DNA of 64,000 nucleotides from positions 1 to 64,000 of the forward strand of contig CAVPGK010000021.1 in the NCBI GenBank assembly GCA_963703955.1, written 5' to 3'. The notes under the pieces were generated by a model. That model saw only the letters and a program-made list of their open reading frames with translations. It had not been told where the DNA came from and made no database searches. Below are positions 20,333-29,355 of the stretch, in pieces. Both the position numbers and the translations under genes were made by a program. This DNA is from Nitrospirota bacterium (GTDB lineage Bacteria; Nitrospirota; Nitrospiria; Nitrospirales; Nitrospiraceae). Position 1 is the stretch's first letter. Each line of letters starts with the position of its first letter.

Positions 20333-20914
20333 TTACTTCCCTCCGCTGGCGGTGGCAGTCGGCGCTCCGCCCGCCGGGGGCTTTGCAGCTCCAGCTCCGT
20401 CGCCACTCGGCGCCCCAGCCGCGGATGCGGTCCCAACCGGTACCCACGCCTTCTTCACGACATCCCACTCCTGTCCTTTGAGTCCGAAGGTGCGCTCATA
20501 GGCCATCACTTTCCATCGGTCTTCATCGGACAACTTGCTCTTCCACGGTTTCATTTTAGTGTTGGGCACACCTTCCGAAATGCGCCAGAACCAGGTCGAG
20601 TCCGAGTACAACTTCATCCGCTCGGTGACTCGGAAATCGCGGGCCCCCGCCTTGACAGGCTTCCCATCCTTCCCATGGCAACTGGCGCAATTCACATCAA
20701 TATTTTTCGCGCCGATGAAGATCTGCTTGCCTTCCTCGATAATCTTCTCATCGCCCCACCAGCCGGCAGGCATATGCTTGTCGGCGTATTCAGCCGGAGG
20801 CGGAGGCGGCGCGACGATCGGTCCTTCTCCTCCTTCACCGCATCCGACAACCGTCAATCCTCCGCCGGCCAATCCAAGCAGGAGAGCTGCCTTTATCCAC
20901 GACATGTGTTTCAT
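20333..20914 (-). CDS. Monoheme cytochrome c lipoprotein
   Basis: Lipobox VVGC; CASCH; TKMKPW. Confidence 0.88.
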   Translation of the reverse strand: MKHMSWIKAALLLGLAGGGLTVVGCGEGGEGPIVAPPPPPAEYADKHMPAGWWGDEKIIEEGKQIFIGAKNIDVNCASCHGKDGKPVKAGARDFRVTERMKLYSDSTWFWRISEGVPNTKMKPWKSKLSDEDRWKVMAYERTFGLKGQEWDVVKKAWVPVGTASAAGAPSGDGAGAAKPPAGGAPTATASGGK

Positions 20915-21121
20915 AATTGGCTACCTATTCCTTTCTCTGTGAGCCATATCCCGATCACCGAGGTTCAGCCGGCACGGTCGGCAAAACCCTTAACAAAAAA
21001 GACGCCTTTACTCAGGCCGAGCCTCGAGCAAAAGCGCCACCTGACAGATCGCTCTTCAATTGTGAAACTGCTGATTCTGCCTCGATCGCGTTCCAGATAG
21101 CGGTCTGCACCACGCAGAGTG

Positions 21122-21850
21122 TCAGGAATTTGATTGTGAGCGTTTACCCTTTCCTCGTTTCACCGGCTGCCGCCGTTTCCGCATCAGCCTTGCGCCCGCG
21201 AAGGCAGCCACCACAGCAACCCCCAGGCCTACGCCATAATAGACCCAGGGACTCGATTCCTCCTGCGTCACACAGCCGGTTCCGAAATTAGCCGTGACCT
21301 TACGCTCAGTTTTCAGATCGTTGGGATCGAATTTCGCAGCAATCCGTTGCTCTTGATCCTTGGCCGTAATGAGGATTGGGTCACCCTGATTATCATTATG
21401 TAAGTGAAGGGTGACCGTGTAATGCCCTCGGTTGTCCGTATATCCCATCTTCCCAACGGACACCCGCGTATCTTTAACCATCACCTCGGCTTCGGGAATC
21501 GCCTTCCCGTCGCTTCCGCAGACGAACCCTTCGACGATGAACCGATGGTCTATTTCATGTTCGGCAAGAACTTCCGAAGGAACCGGGCTCAGGCTCCCAA
21601 CCAAGACCCCAATGCCCAACGCACCTCCCCAGAAACAACGGACTCTCCATCCGAAGCATCCGACCCAACGCGCCCCTTCGCTAGTGGCTGCGACTGGGCT
21701 GACTTGGGAGTGTGGACCCGGCAAATTTCCCACAAGGCACAATGCACGGGATTTAAGGCGCACCCTTCTAGCATAGATGGTCTTTTTTGTCAACAGAGTC
21801 GTGGGATTAATATCGCCTTGACTGGCGCAGGGATTCTGCGTCGGCGGCAC
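21122..21850 (-). CDS. Exported beta-sandwich protein with C-terminal TM anchor (true start probably near 21650)
   Basis: VEGFVCGSDGKAIPEAEV...TDNRGHY pattern; TM helix plus basic tail. Confidence 0.65.
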   Translation of the reverse strand: MPPTQNPCASQGDINPTTLLTKKTIYARRVRLKSRALCLVGNLPGPHSQVSPVAATSEGARWVGCFGWRVRCFWGGALGIGVLVGSLSPVPSEVLAEHEIDHRFIVEGFVCGSDGKAIPEAEVMVKDTRVSVGKMGYTDNRGHYTVTLHLHNDNQGDPILITAKDQEQRIAAKFDPNDLKTERKVTANFGTGCVTQEESSPWVYYGVGLGVAVVAAFAGARLMRKRRQPVKRGKGKRSQSNS

Positions 21851-21929
21851 AACAGAAAATCTTCTATCGGCGGGATGGATGGGCGGGCAAAGTGAGGCTC
21901 GAAACGTGTCGCAACATGGCTAGGGAATT

Positions 21930-22319
21930 CTAGAGATGGCCACGCGCTCTGGCTTCTTCCGTGGCTTGTTGGGTCTCGGCTCGACGTTGCGATTCCTTCT
22001 TGGCGACCCAGGCTTCCCAGGACTTCCCGGAGGCGGTGTCCTTCCCGGTGATCGCAATCGATACCAGTTCGACGTACGCAATCGTGCGAAGCTTGTCCTC
22101 TCCCTTGGGGAAGATCTGGAGAATCGGCCGGGAGCCCGTTGCCTCGCGGTTGAAGACATACCCCTCAACCCTCTCACCCGACGTCAGTGTGACGGTCACA
22201 TCACCCCGATAGTCGAACGCCTGTTCGACCGCTTCGGCCAACTCCGCGGGGCTATTGGGCCGAAAGACACGCCCTTCGAGGGTCCCGGCTTCCGGCGTGT
22301 GATATTTGGAATCGGTCAT
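21930..22319 (-). CDS. Small hypothetical protein (Sm-like fold suspected) downstream of hpnH
   Basis: AFDYRGDVTVTLTSGERVEGYVFN; operon context. Confidence 0.7.
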   Translation of the reverse strand: MTDSKYHTPEAGTLEGRVFRPNSPAELAEAVEQAFDYRGDVTVTLTSGERVEGYVFNREATGSRPILQIFPKGEDKLRTIAYVELVSIAITGKDTASGKSWEAWVAKKESQRRAETQQATEEARARGHL

Positions 22320-22332
22320 CGGCAGAGTGCGT

Positions 22333-22457
22333 GGTTAGGCTGACCTCCGTGCTGGAGCGCGCTTGTTTCACCCAACCGCCCCAGGCGCGCCAAGACGCGC
22401 CCCTTCCCGGGAGCAGAGTGTGACTCGGCGGACGCACGCAGGGAGGTCAGCCTAGCC
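22333..22457. repeat. Family B copy (opposite orientation, 16-bp arms) with a family A copy inserted at 22369-22408
   Basis: Arms ggttaggctgacctcc / ggaggtcagcctagcc; B core halves flank ggcgcg-ccaaga-cgcgcc. Confidence 0.8.
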
Positions 22458-22467
22458 GCCCTTGAAG

Positions 22468-23485
22468 TTAGCGAAGGTTCGGCATTAGGGTGGCTTTGAC
22501 GGTGCGCCCGAAGCCGGACCAGGACCCGAACGTGTCCTCGACCGCTGAGGCTTCATACCCGCAGTGGACCATGCAGTCGGCGCACTTCTCGTTCCGTCCG
22601 GTCCCGTATTTCTCCCATTTGGTGTCGTTGATTAGCTCCTGAAACGTCTTCACATAGCCCTCTTGGAGCAAGTAGCAGGGCTTTTGCCACCCGAATATAT
22701 TGTACGTAGGATTCCCCCAGAGGCGTGCACTGATATTCGCGTTCTCCCATCAGGAACTCGAGAAAGAGCGGGGATTGATTGAAGCGCCAGGTCCTTTTGC
22801 GGTCGCTCAGAATTCTGGCAAACAGATCCCGTGTCCGGTTCCGCTTCAAGAAGTTCTTCTGATCCGGGGCCTTCTGGTAGCTGTACCCTGGTGAAATCAT
22901 CATCCCTTCGACGCCCAGCTTCATCATTTCGTCGAAAAAGCCCCGCACTCGTTCCGGGTTCGCATCATCAAACAGGGTCGTATTGGTGGTCACACGGAAT
23001 CCCCGATCGAGCGCCGCCCGAATAGCCTTGACGGCTACCTCGTAGACGCCGTCACGGCAGACCGCCAAATCGTGTTCCTCCCGCAGGCCATCCATATGAA
23101 TGCTGAAGGTCAAGTATTTCGAGGGGGCATAGTCGTTCAACTTCCGCTCGAGTAGGATCGCATTGGTGCAGAGATACACGTATTTCTTGCGTGCGACCAG
23201 ACCCCGAACAATCTCCGGCATTTCCGGGTGGATCAGCGGTTCCCCTCCCGGGATGCTCACCATCGGAGCACCGCACTCCTCAGCCGCGGCCCAGCATTGC
23301 TCAGGGGTCAGGCGCTTATCCAGCACATGATCGGGGTACTGAATCTTTCCACAGCCCGCGCAGGCCAAGTTACAACGAAAGAGCGGTTCGATCATGAGGA
23401 CGAGCGGGTAGCGCTTCACACCTTTGATCTTCTGGGTCAGAACATACTTCGCTACCGTATACGTTTGAGAAACGGGAACGGCCAT
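22468..23485 (-). CDS. hpnH: Adenosyl-hopene transferase, radical SAM (one frameshift at about 22720)
   Basis: EPLFRCNLACAGCGKI; CTPWGNP restored by removing one base; C-terminal CADCMVHCGYE in ORF 22468-22671. Confidence 0.92.
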
Positions 23486-23603
23486 CCTGGCTCCTTCCTG
23501 AAATATAAAAGACCCCGATTCGCCGGGGTCTGGTGAAACCTACTACAAACCCCTCAATATTTCAAGTAAAGTATCGGTTGGGCAGCCCACCCGCGACGAT
23601 TGT

Positions 23604-24465
23604 ATGCAAAATTCGAAGCAGACCGTGTGGATTACGGGCGTCGGAGGGCTGATTGGGAGTTATGTCATTCAGACAGCTTCCCGGTATGCTCCTGACTGGC
23701 AGGTTTATGGCTCCACGCGGGCTCAGGTGGATCTAACGGATCTAATCGCGGTCCAAGAGGCCTTTCACCAAATCCGGCCGCAGGCCCTAGTCCACTGCGC
23801 GGGCCTGACTAGATCCGGTGTGTGCGAACAGCAACCCGGTCTTGCGAGGAGGCTAAACCTGGAAGTCACGGCACGTCTCGCGGAATTAGCCAGCGATATT
23901 CGGTTCATCTTCTTCTCCACTGATCTCGTCTTTGACGGTCGGCGAGGACACTATGATGAGACGGATCAGGTGAATCCGCTGAGCGTGTATGCCGAAACCA
24001 AGGCCGAGGCCGAACGCCTGGTGCTGGCCAATCCCAACCATACGGTCATCCGCACGTCACTGAACGGCGGAACCTCCCCGACCGGTGATCGCGGCTTCAA
24101 TGAAGACATGCGCTGCGCCTGGGAGGCCGGACGGACGCTGAAATTGTTTACCGATGAATTTCGCTGCCCGATTCCAGCCGCAGTGACCGCTCGCGCCGAC
24201 GTGGGAACTGATTGTCAAGGGTGAGCCCGGACTCTACCATCTGGCAGGGGCCGAGCGTCTCTCGCGCTGGCAAATCGGCCAGGTCCTCGCCCAGCGCTGG
24301 ACGCGCCTGAATCCAAAGATGGAGCCGGCTTCGCGCCTGGACTATGCGGGTCCACCTCGCTCGGCCGACACCTCGCTGAACTGCGCGAAACTCCAACAGC
24401 TCCTCTCCTTCCCCCTCCCCGGCCTGACTGGCTGGCTGGCAGCGCATTCGGACGAGGTTTTTTAG
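23604..24465 (+). CDS. RmlD-like SDR oxidoreductase (one frameshift at about 24197)
   Basis: ITGVGGLIG, STDLVFDG, YAETK; continuation GLYHLAG...DTSLNC ends at TAG 24463-24465. Confidence 0.85.
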
Positions 24466-24516
24466 AGACCATGGTATGGTAGAGAAGGCACCCGTAAATT
24501 ATGGAGGTCTCGCCAG

Positions 24517-25011
24517 ATGCAGCTCGCAATTCTTCTTCCATTCATCATCATTATTATGATGACGGGATGTGCAGCCCTCGGGCCGGATCAAACAAGGGAC
24601 CTTGATGCCAAGGAACTGGAGCGGCAAGATGGGTTAAAGAACCTTGCGGCCATCAGGGAGATTATGGCTTCCTGGCCCAGGCAGCAGGACCAACCCGCTT
24701 CGCCGACCAGCAAACCAGACGAATATCACAGCAACGATTCTGCTCGGGTTATTCCGCAGGTCTATGAGACCGATAAGCCAGTTGAGCCTCTATCATTGTT
24801 CGCGATCCCGAAACGGGAGCCCGCCCAACCGCAACCCCTCCAGATCAGACCGCCCCTCAGCAGGCCCCAGAATTACACCGACTCCCGCGTGCTGAATCCA
24901 CCATTGATCCCACCCTACACCTTCTATGCACCGATCGGCTCTGCCTATCCCGGTTCCATCCGCTGCATGCCAGACTATCTAGGCGGTTCCCGCTGCTCGG
25001 TTCATCCCTGA
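24517..25011 (+). CDS. Hypothetical Pro-rich lipoprotein
   Basis: GGAGG RBS; hydrophobic leader plus MTGC. Confidence 0.6.
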   Translation: MQLAILLPFIIIIMMTGCAALGPDQTRDLDAKELERQDGLKNLAAIREIMASWPRQQDQPASPTSKPDEYHSNDSARVIPQVYETDKPVEPLSLFAIPKREPAQPQPLQIRPPLSRPQNYTDSRVLNPPLIPPYTFYAPIGSAYPGSIRCMPDYLGGSRCSVHP

Positions 25012-25144
25012 AGAGCAACCTTACGGATGGCCACAGATTCTGAATCCGGCGTCGATTTTTTGACGAGGTTCGCGTATCCTTCTGGTTTGCAGAGAGACTT
25101 CCTGACTCGATTCATGAACCTCGCACCGTAGAAGGATCATCGCC

Positions 25145-25831
25145 TTGGCATCGCCGCCTGTGCGCCCGGCCTTCATCGTGGTCATCTTGAGTATGATCGT
25201 CCTCGGACTCATATGGGTCGCGGTTTTCCTCAGCCTTCCGAAGCCCGAGGAGATGACGGCGGTCGATGCTCCTCAGTCGCCTCCTCAGCCTTCGCCTCAG
25301 CCGCCTCCCACTCAACTTCCGCCCCCGCCGGCTCAGTCTCTCCAGGTTCCTTCGCCCAAGACTCCTGCGCAGACCCCACCAATGGTTAAGAAACCACCCC
25401 GACGGAGCACGTCGGCACGTAAAGAGCCGTTTCAACCTGCTCCTGGTTCAGTGCCGCAGCTCGCCTCTCAGCGTCCGCGGAGTTCGCCAACTGACGAGGA
25501 CGCGCTTGTCAGCCAAGGCATGTCGCCCAACTGCATGGCGGAACTGGAGAAACTCTGCCCGGGCAACCAATCCGGGAATGCGCGGAAAAAGTGTTTTCAA
25601 AACAACGAAGGCAAACTCTCCCCGGCCTGCCGGCAGCAGCTTGATGCGATGGCGGTCCGCATCACGGAAGACATGCAGAACTTCAAGGTGGCTTGTGACG
25701 CGGATGTCAGACGATTGTGCCGGAACGTGGAGCCAGGAGGGGGGCGGATTCTGCAGTGTCTAGAAGAGAATTACCAGGACGTGTCCAATAGTTGTTATCA
25801 AGCCCTGCGGACCCGCCCGTTCCGAAAATAA
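25145..25831 (+). CDS. Membrane-anchored cysteine-rich-repeat protein
   Basis: TM helix, Pro linker, two C-x7-C...C...S-x-x-C repeats. Confidence 0.75.
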   Translation: MASPPVRPAFIVVILSMIVLGLIWVAVFLSLPKPEEMTAVDAPQSPPQPSPQPPPTQLPPPPAQSLQVPSPKTPAQTPPMVKKPPRRSTSARKEPFQPAPGSVPQLASQRPRSSPTDEDALVSQGMSPNCMAELEKLCPGNQSGNARKKCFQNNEGKLSPACRQQLDAMAVRITEDMQNFKVACDADVRRLCRNVEPGGGRILQCLEENYQDVSNSCYQALRTRPFRK

Positions 25832-25868
25832 CGCCTAGACCGGCGCAAAGGCTGTCCTCGTTTCCGAG

Positions 25869-26585
25869 CTAGGCTTTACTGGAATCCTTCAGGTAGAAAT
25901 ACATTTTTACCTTACCGATCTCCAGCAGGTCGCCGTCTTTCAAGTTAGCCTGTCCCTTCACGGCTTGGTTGTTGACCCGAATGGTTTTCACCTCTTCCGA
26001 GGTACTCACAAAATAGCCCTCCCCGCGCCGACCGATCATGGCCGCGATCTTCGGAGCGAACCATCCGCTGAGTTTGATGGACGCGTTCTGCCGTGACCCG
26101 ATAATCGTTAGGTTGCTGATGAGCGGATACTCGTTGCGATCCGTCCTCCCCGAGATGATTTGAACCATGCCGACCTTCGGCGCGGCGCTGGGTTGTTCGG
26201 GTGTCTTCTGACTCTTGAGAACCATCGTCTTCTCCGGGTCGCCGAAGTCAGACGATATCGGGGCCGTTCCATTCTTAATCTCATCCCGAAAGATCAGTCG
26301 ATGCTTCCCGATCATCACGACATCGGTGTCCTGCAACTGCTGCCGGTCGATTCGCTTGTCGTTCACGTATGTCCCATTGGTGCTTCTCAAGTCCTCCAGG
26401 AAATAGACCTCCTGAACCTTGATCAGCCGGGCATGGTGCCCGGACACGGCCGGATTATCGATGACCAGGTCATTATCCGATTTTCGTCCGATGGAGAATT
26501 GTAGCTTCGTGACGTCTATTTCTTTGAGGACTGAGTCATGGAGCTTCAGGATGATCTTCGGCGACTGCAGACTGATATCCGGCAT
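25869..26585 (-). CDS. Double FHA-domain protein
   Basis: IGRKSDND...VSGHHA...STNGT; second degenerate FHA. Confidence 0.9.
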   Translation of the reverse strand: MPDISLQSPKIILKLHDSVLKEIDVTKLQFSIGRKSDNDLVIDNPAVSGHHARLIKVQEVYFLEDLRSTNGTYVNDKRIDRQQLQDTDVVMIGKHRLIFRDEIKNGTAPISSDFGDPEKTMVLKSQKTPEQPSAAPKVGMVQIISGRTDRNEYPLISNLTIIGSRQNASIKLSGWFAPKIAAMIGRRGEGYFVSTSEEVKTIRVNNQAVKGQANLKDGDLLEIGKVKMYFYLKDSSKA

Positions 26586-26622
26586 GATGCCTCCTTCTCT
26601 CTGAGGGATTGTCCCTGGTTCG

Positions 26623-27450
26623 TTAGGTGATAATGCGATTGCGAATCCGGCCCCATACACCGGTCCGAGCGCTCTCCGGCACTGAGACCACAACTACGGT
26701 CGTGTTGTCCTCGCCGCCGGCCGCGTTGGCCATCTGAACCAATCGCTCCGAGACGGCTTGGGAATCTTCTTCGCTGCGAACCGCATGCAGAATGTCTTCA
26801 GCCTTCACCCCACGGGTCAGCCCGTCGGAGCACAGCATCAGGATGTCCCCGCTCATGACCGGGACCTCGCACAACTCCACGTCGACGGTAACCTCAACGC
26901 CTAAGGCTCTGGTCACGACATTTTTCCGAGGGGACCGTTCAGCTTCCTCCTCGGTCAGCAGCCCTTCGCGGACCTGCTCCGCGACCAAGGAGTGATCGGC
27001 TGTCAACGGTTGAATCGCGTCCCCTCTGATCAGGTACATGCGGCTGTCCCCGACATGGGCGATCGACAAGACCTGCCCACTGAGCACCGCCGACACGACG
27101 GTGGTTCCCATCCCGGCGTAGTGCGGCTGAGTCTGCGCCTCGCAGTAGATAATGTGATTGGCAAGACGGATAGCGCTGGCGAGTCGGTTCGTCTGCTGTG
27201 AGAAGGCCGGATCGTCGTAGCCGATCATGGGAAGAGCGGGATTCTCATGCGCGTCGCGGACATGCTTTTCGATCACCTCAACCGCCAACCGGCTGGCCAC
27301 CTCTCCGGCGTTGTGCCCTCCCATGCCGTCACAGACCACGTACAGCCCAAGATCCGGATCAACGCAAAACCGGTCCTCGTTATGGCTGCGCTTTAGTCCC
27401 ACATCCGACTTGGCGCCATACGTCATGTCCATCTTCGGCTGTCCTTGCAT
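26623..27450 (-). CDS. PP2C (Stp1/PrpC-type) Ser/Thr phosphatase
   Basis: NED, VCDGMGG, HVGDSR, CSDGL, GGEDNTT motifs. Confidence 0.93.
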   Translation of the reverse strand: MQGQPKMDMTYGAKSDVGLKRSHNEDRFCVDPDLGLYVVCDGMGGHNAGEVASRLAVEVIEKHVRDAHENPALPMIGYDDPAFSQQTNRLASAIRLANHIIYCEAQTQPHYAGMGTTVVSAVLSGQVLSIAHVGDSRMYLIRGDAIQPLTADHSLVAEQVREGLLTEEEAERSPRKNVVTRALGVEVTVDVELCEVPVMSGDILMLCSDGLTRGVKAEDILHAVRSEEDSQAVSERLVQMANAAGGEDNTTVVVVSVPESARTGVWGRIRNRIIT

Positions 27451-28862
27451 CACACCGGAAGGCCCGACAGGCAGTCGCTTAGATCGTGCGCCAGCTCCCC
27501 AGCAGTCTGATGCCTGTCGTCTGGATCCTTCTGCAGCGCCCGGTCCAGAATGATCTGACACCACATGGGTAGATCGGGACGAATGGTTCTTGGTGAAGGA
27601 TGCGGTTCATGGGCAATCTTGAACAGCAGCGAGGAGATACTCTCGGCCTCAAAAGGTTTCTCTCCCGTCACAAGTTCAAACAGCACCACCCCCAACGAAA
27701 AGACATCCGACCGCCCATCCACCGGAGCTCCGTCCAGTTGTTCCGGAGACATGTAGCTGGGCGTCCCAAGGATCACACGCGTCTGTGTTTTGACTGAGGT
27801 CATGATTCTGGCAATGCCGAAATCCATGACCTTGATCATGCCGTGCTTGCCCACCATGATATTGGCCGGCTTAATATCCCGGTGTACCACCCCTTGGCCG
27901 TGGGCATAGTCCAAAGCCCCGGCGACTGTAGCCATAATTTCCATAACCTGCTTGAGAGGGAGCAGCTTCTCTTTTCCGCACCAAAGCTTCAGGGCCTTCC
28001 CTTCCAGCAATTCCATGGCGATATAACCCAGTTCCCCTTCCTCGCCCGCGTCATAGATGGTCACGATATTGGGATGCGAGAGCCGACCGGTTGATTCGGC
28101 CTCGAGGAAGAACCGTTCTTTGAAGTCTTTCAACTCATCGGGATCATCGACTTGATCCAACCGCATAGTCTTGACCGCGACGGGCCGGTTGATGGTTGGG
28201 TCTTTTCCCAAATACACCACGCCCATCGACCCCCGGCCCAGCTCCTTGATGATTTCGTACCGGCCGAGCGAAGGTTTCACCTTTCGCCTGTCCTTTCGCG
28301 TGTTCATAACGACGGTGCCGTCAGGACCGGCCTTAAATCCGGCAGTTCTCGCCCATGTCCTCTCGGCAAGATCGGGGACACGCCGTGAGGAGTCACCGGT
28401 CTCCCCGCTGCGCTGCCAACTTTCAATACATTTGATTAGCGCCCCTGCGTGGCGCAGCCATGCGAAGGTCAACCACGCCGCGGCGGTGAGGATGCCCAGG
28501 ACGTAGAGCCAGTTGTAAACCGATCTCACGGTGTTGCCGAAAATCGTCGAGTTGAAGGAGAGAAGAAGCTTGTATCCGAAAAACACCAGACCCACGGCGG
28601 CCATCGGTCTGAGAATCGCGCGCAGAAAGGTGAGCCCCTCCCCGTCCTCGCGGATCTCCCGTGAGGCCCTGTGGGAAAGCAGCCACAACATGATCAGCGC
28701 CCCCCCATAGCCCGTGTACCATGCAACATGAGAAGTTCGCAGACCCATGCTAGCGATGAAGGTATGGGTAAATAGCGGGACCCGACCCAGGATGGTGCCT
28801 AACCCGAGAGCCAAAAGGATGGCAATCGCATACTGCCCTAACCACCCCCAGTTTCCGGACAT
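27450..28862 (-). CDS. Hanks-type Ser/Thr kinase with four N-terminal TM helices
   Basis: GRGSMG, VAVK, HRDIKPAN, DFG, YMSPEQ motifs. Confidence 0.93.
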   Translation of the reverse strand: MSGNWGWLGQYAIAILLALGLGTILGRVPLFTHTFIASMGLRTSHVAWYTGYGGALIMLWLLSHRASREIREDGEGLTFLRAILRPMAAVGLVFFGYKLLLSFNSTIFGNTVRSVYNWLYVLGILTAAAWLTFAWLRHAGALIKCIESWQRSGETGDSSRRVPDLAERTWARTAGFKAGPDGTVVMNTRKDRRKVKPSLGRYEIIKELGRGSMGVVYLGKDPTINRPVAVKTMRLDQVDDPDELKDFKERFFLEAESTGRLSHPNIVTIYDAGEEGELGYIAMELLEGKALKLWCGKEKLLPLKQVMEIMATVAGALDYAHGQGVVHRDIKPANIMVGKHGMIKVMDFGIARIMTSVKTQTRVILGTPSYMSPEQLDGAPVDGRSDVFSLGVVLFELVTGEKPFEAESISSLLFKIAHEPHPSPRTIRPDLPMWCQIILDRALQKDPDDRHQTAGELAHDLSDCLSGLPV

Positions 28863-29355
28863 TGATCTCCTCGTTCTGAGCACCCTTGAAGAGTCTAGCT
28901 TCGGATTTGACTTTGTCAAAGATTCTCGCGGTGTTATCGCCGCAATGAGGCGCACCACACTATGCAGGCACCATCGAAAAACTCGACAATCGCTGAACGG
29001 CGTTCAGAAACGGTCGTGTTACGTGCTGGACGGCCTGGAATAGACGAAAGTAAGGAGGCCTAGCGGGGCCCTACAGGGTGGCGATCAGGGAGATGGAAAA
29101 TGAACCAAAGGCTCGTCATCAACTGATCAGGTCCCTGAGGTCCACGAATGACCACCCGATGAGTATCCGATTAGATATCTTGTTATCTGGCTAGATACGG
29201 CGTACAACGTCTTCTGCAGCGGCTTTCAGTCCTCACCCCTTCACATCTTCTTTGAGAATTCGAACGATGGCTTTTCTACTTGACCCGGGCAAATCAATTG
29301 CTCACTTTCAGGAGGATCAGTTGAAGAATTCGTGGCCCATGCTTGGGGGGTAGCG

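Noticed and set aside
8679..21100. Long plus-strand ORFs (e.g. 8679-9833, 19023-20501, 20138-21100)
   Set aside because: Antisense shadows of well-supported minus-strand genes in GC-rich DNA
22468..23485. hpnH as a true pseudogene or programmed frameshift
   Set aside because: Single insertion with both halves conserved and no slippery-site signal; similar errors occur across the window
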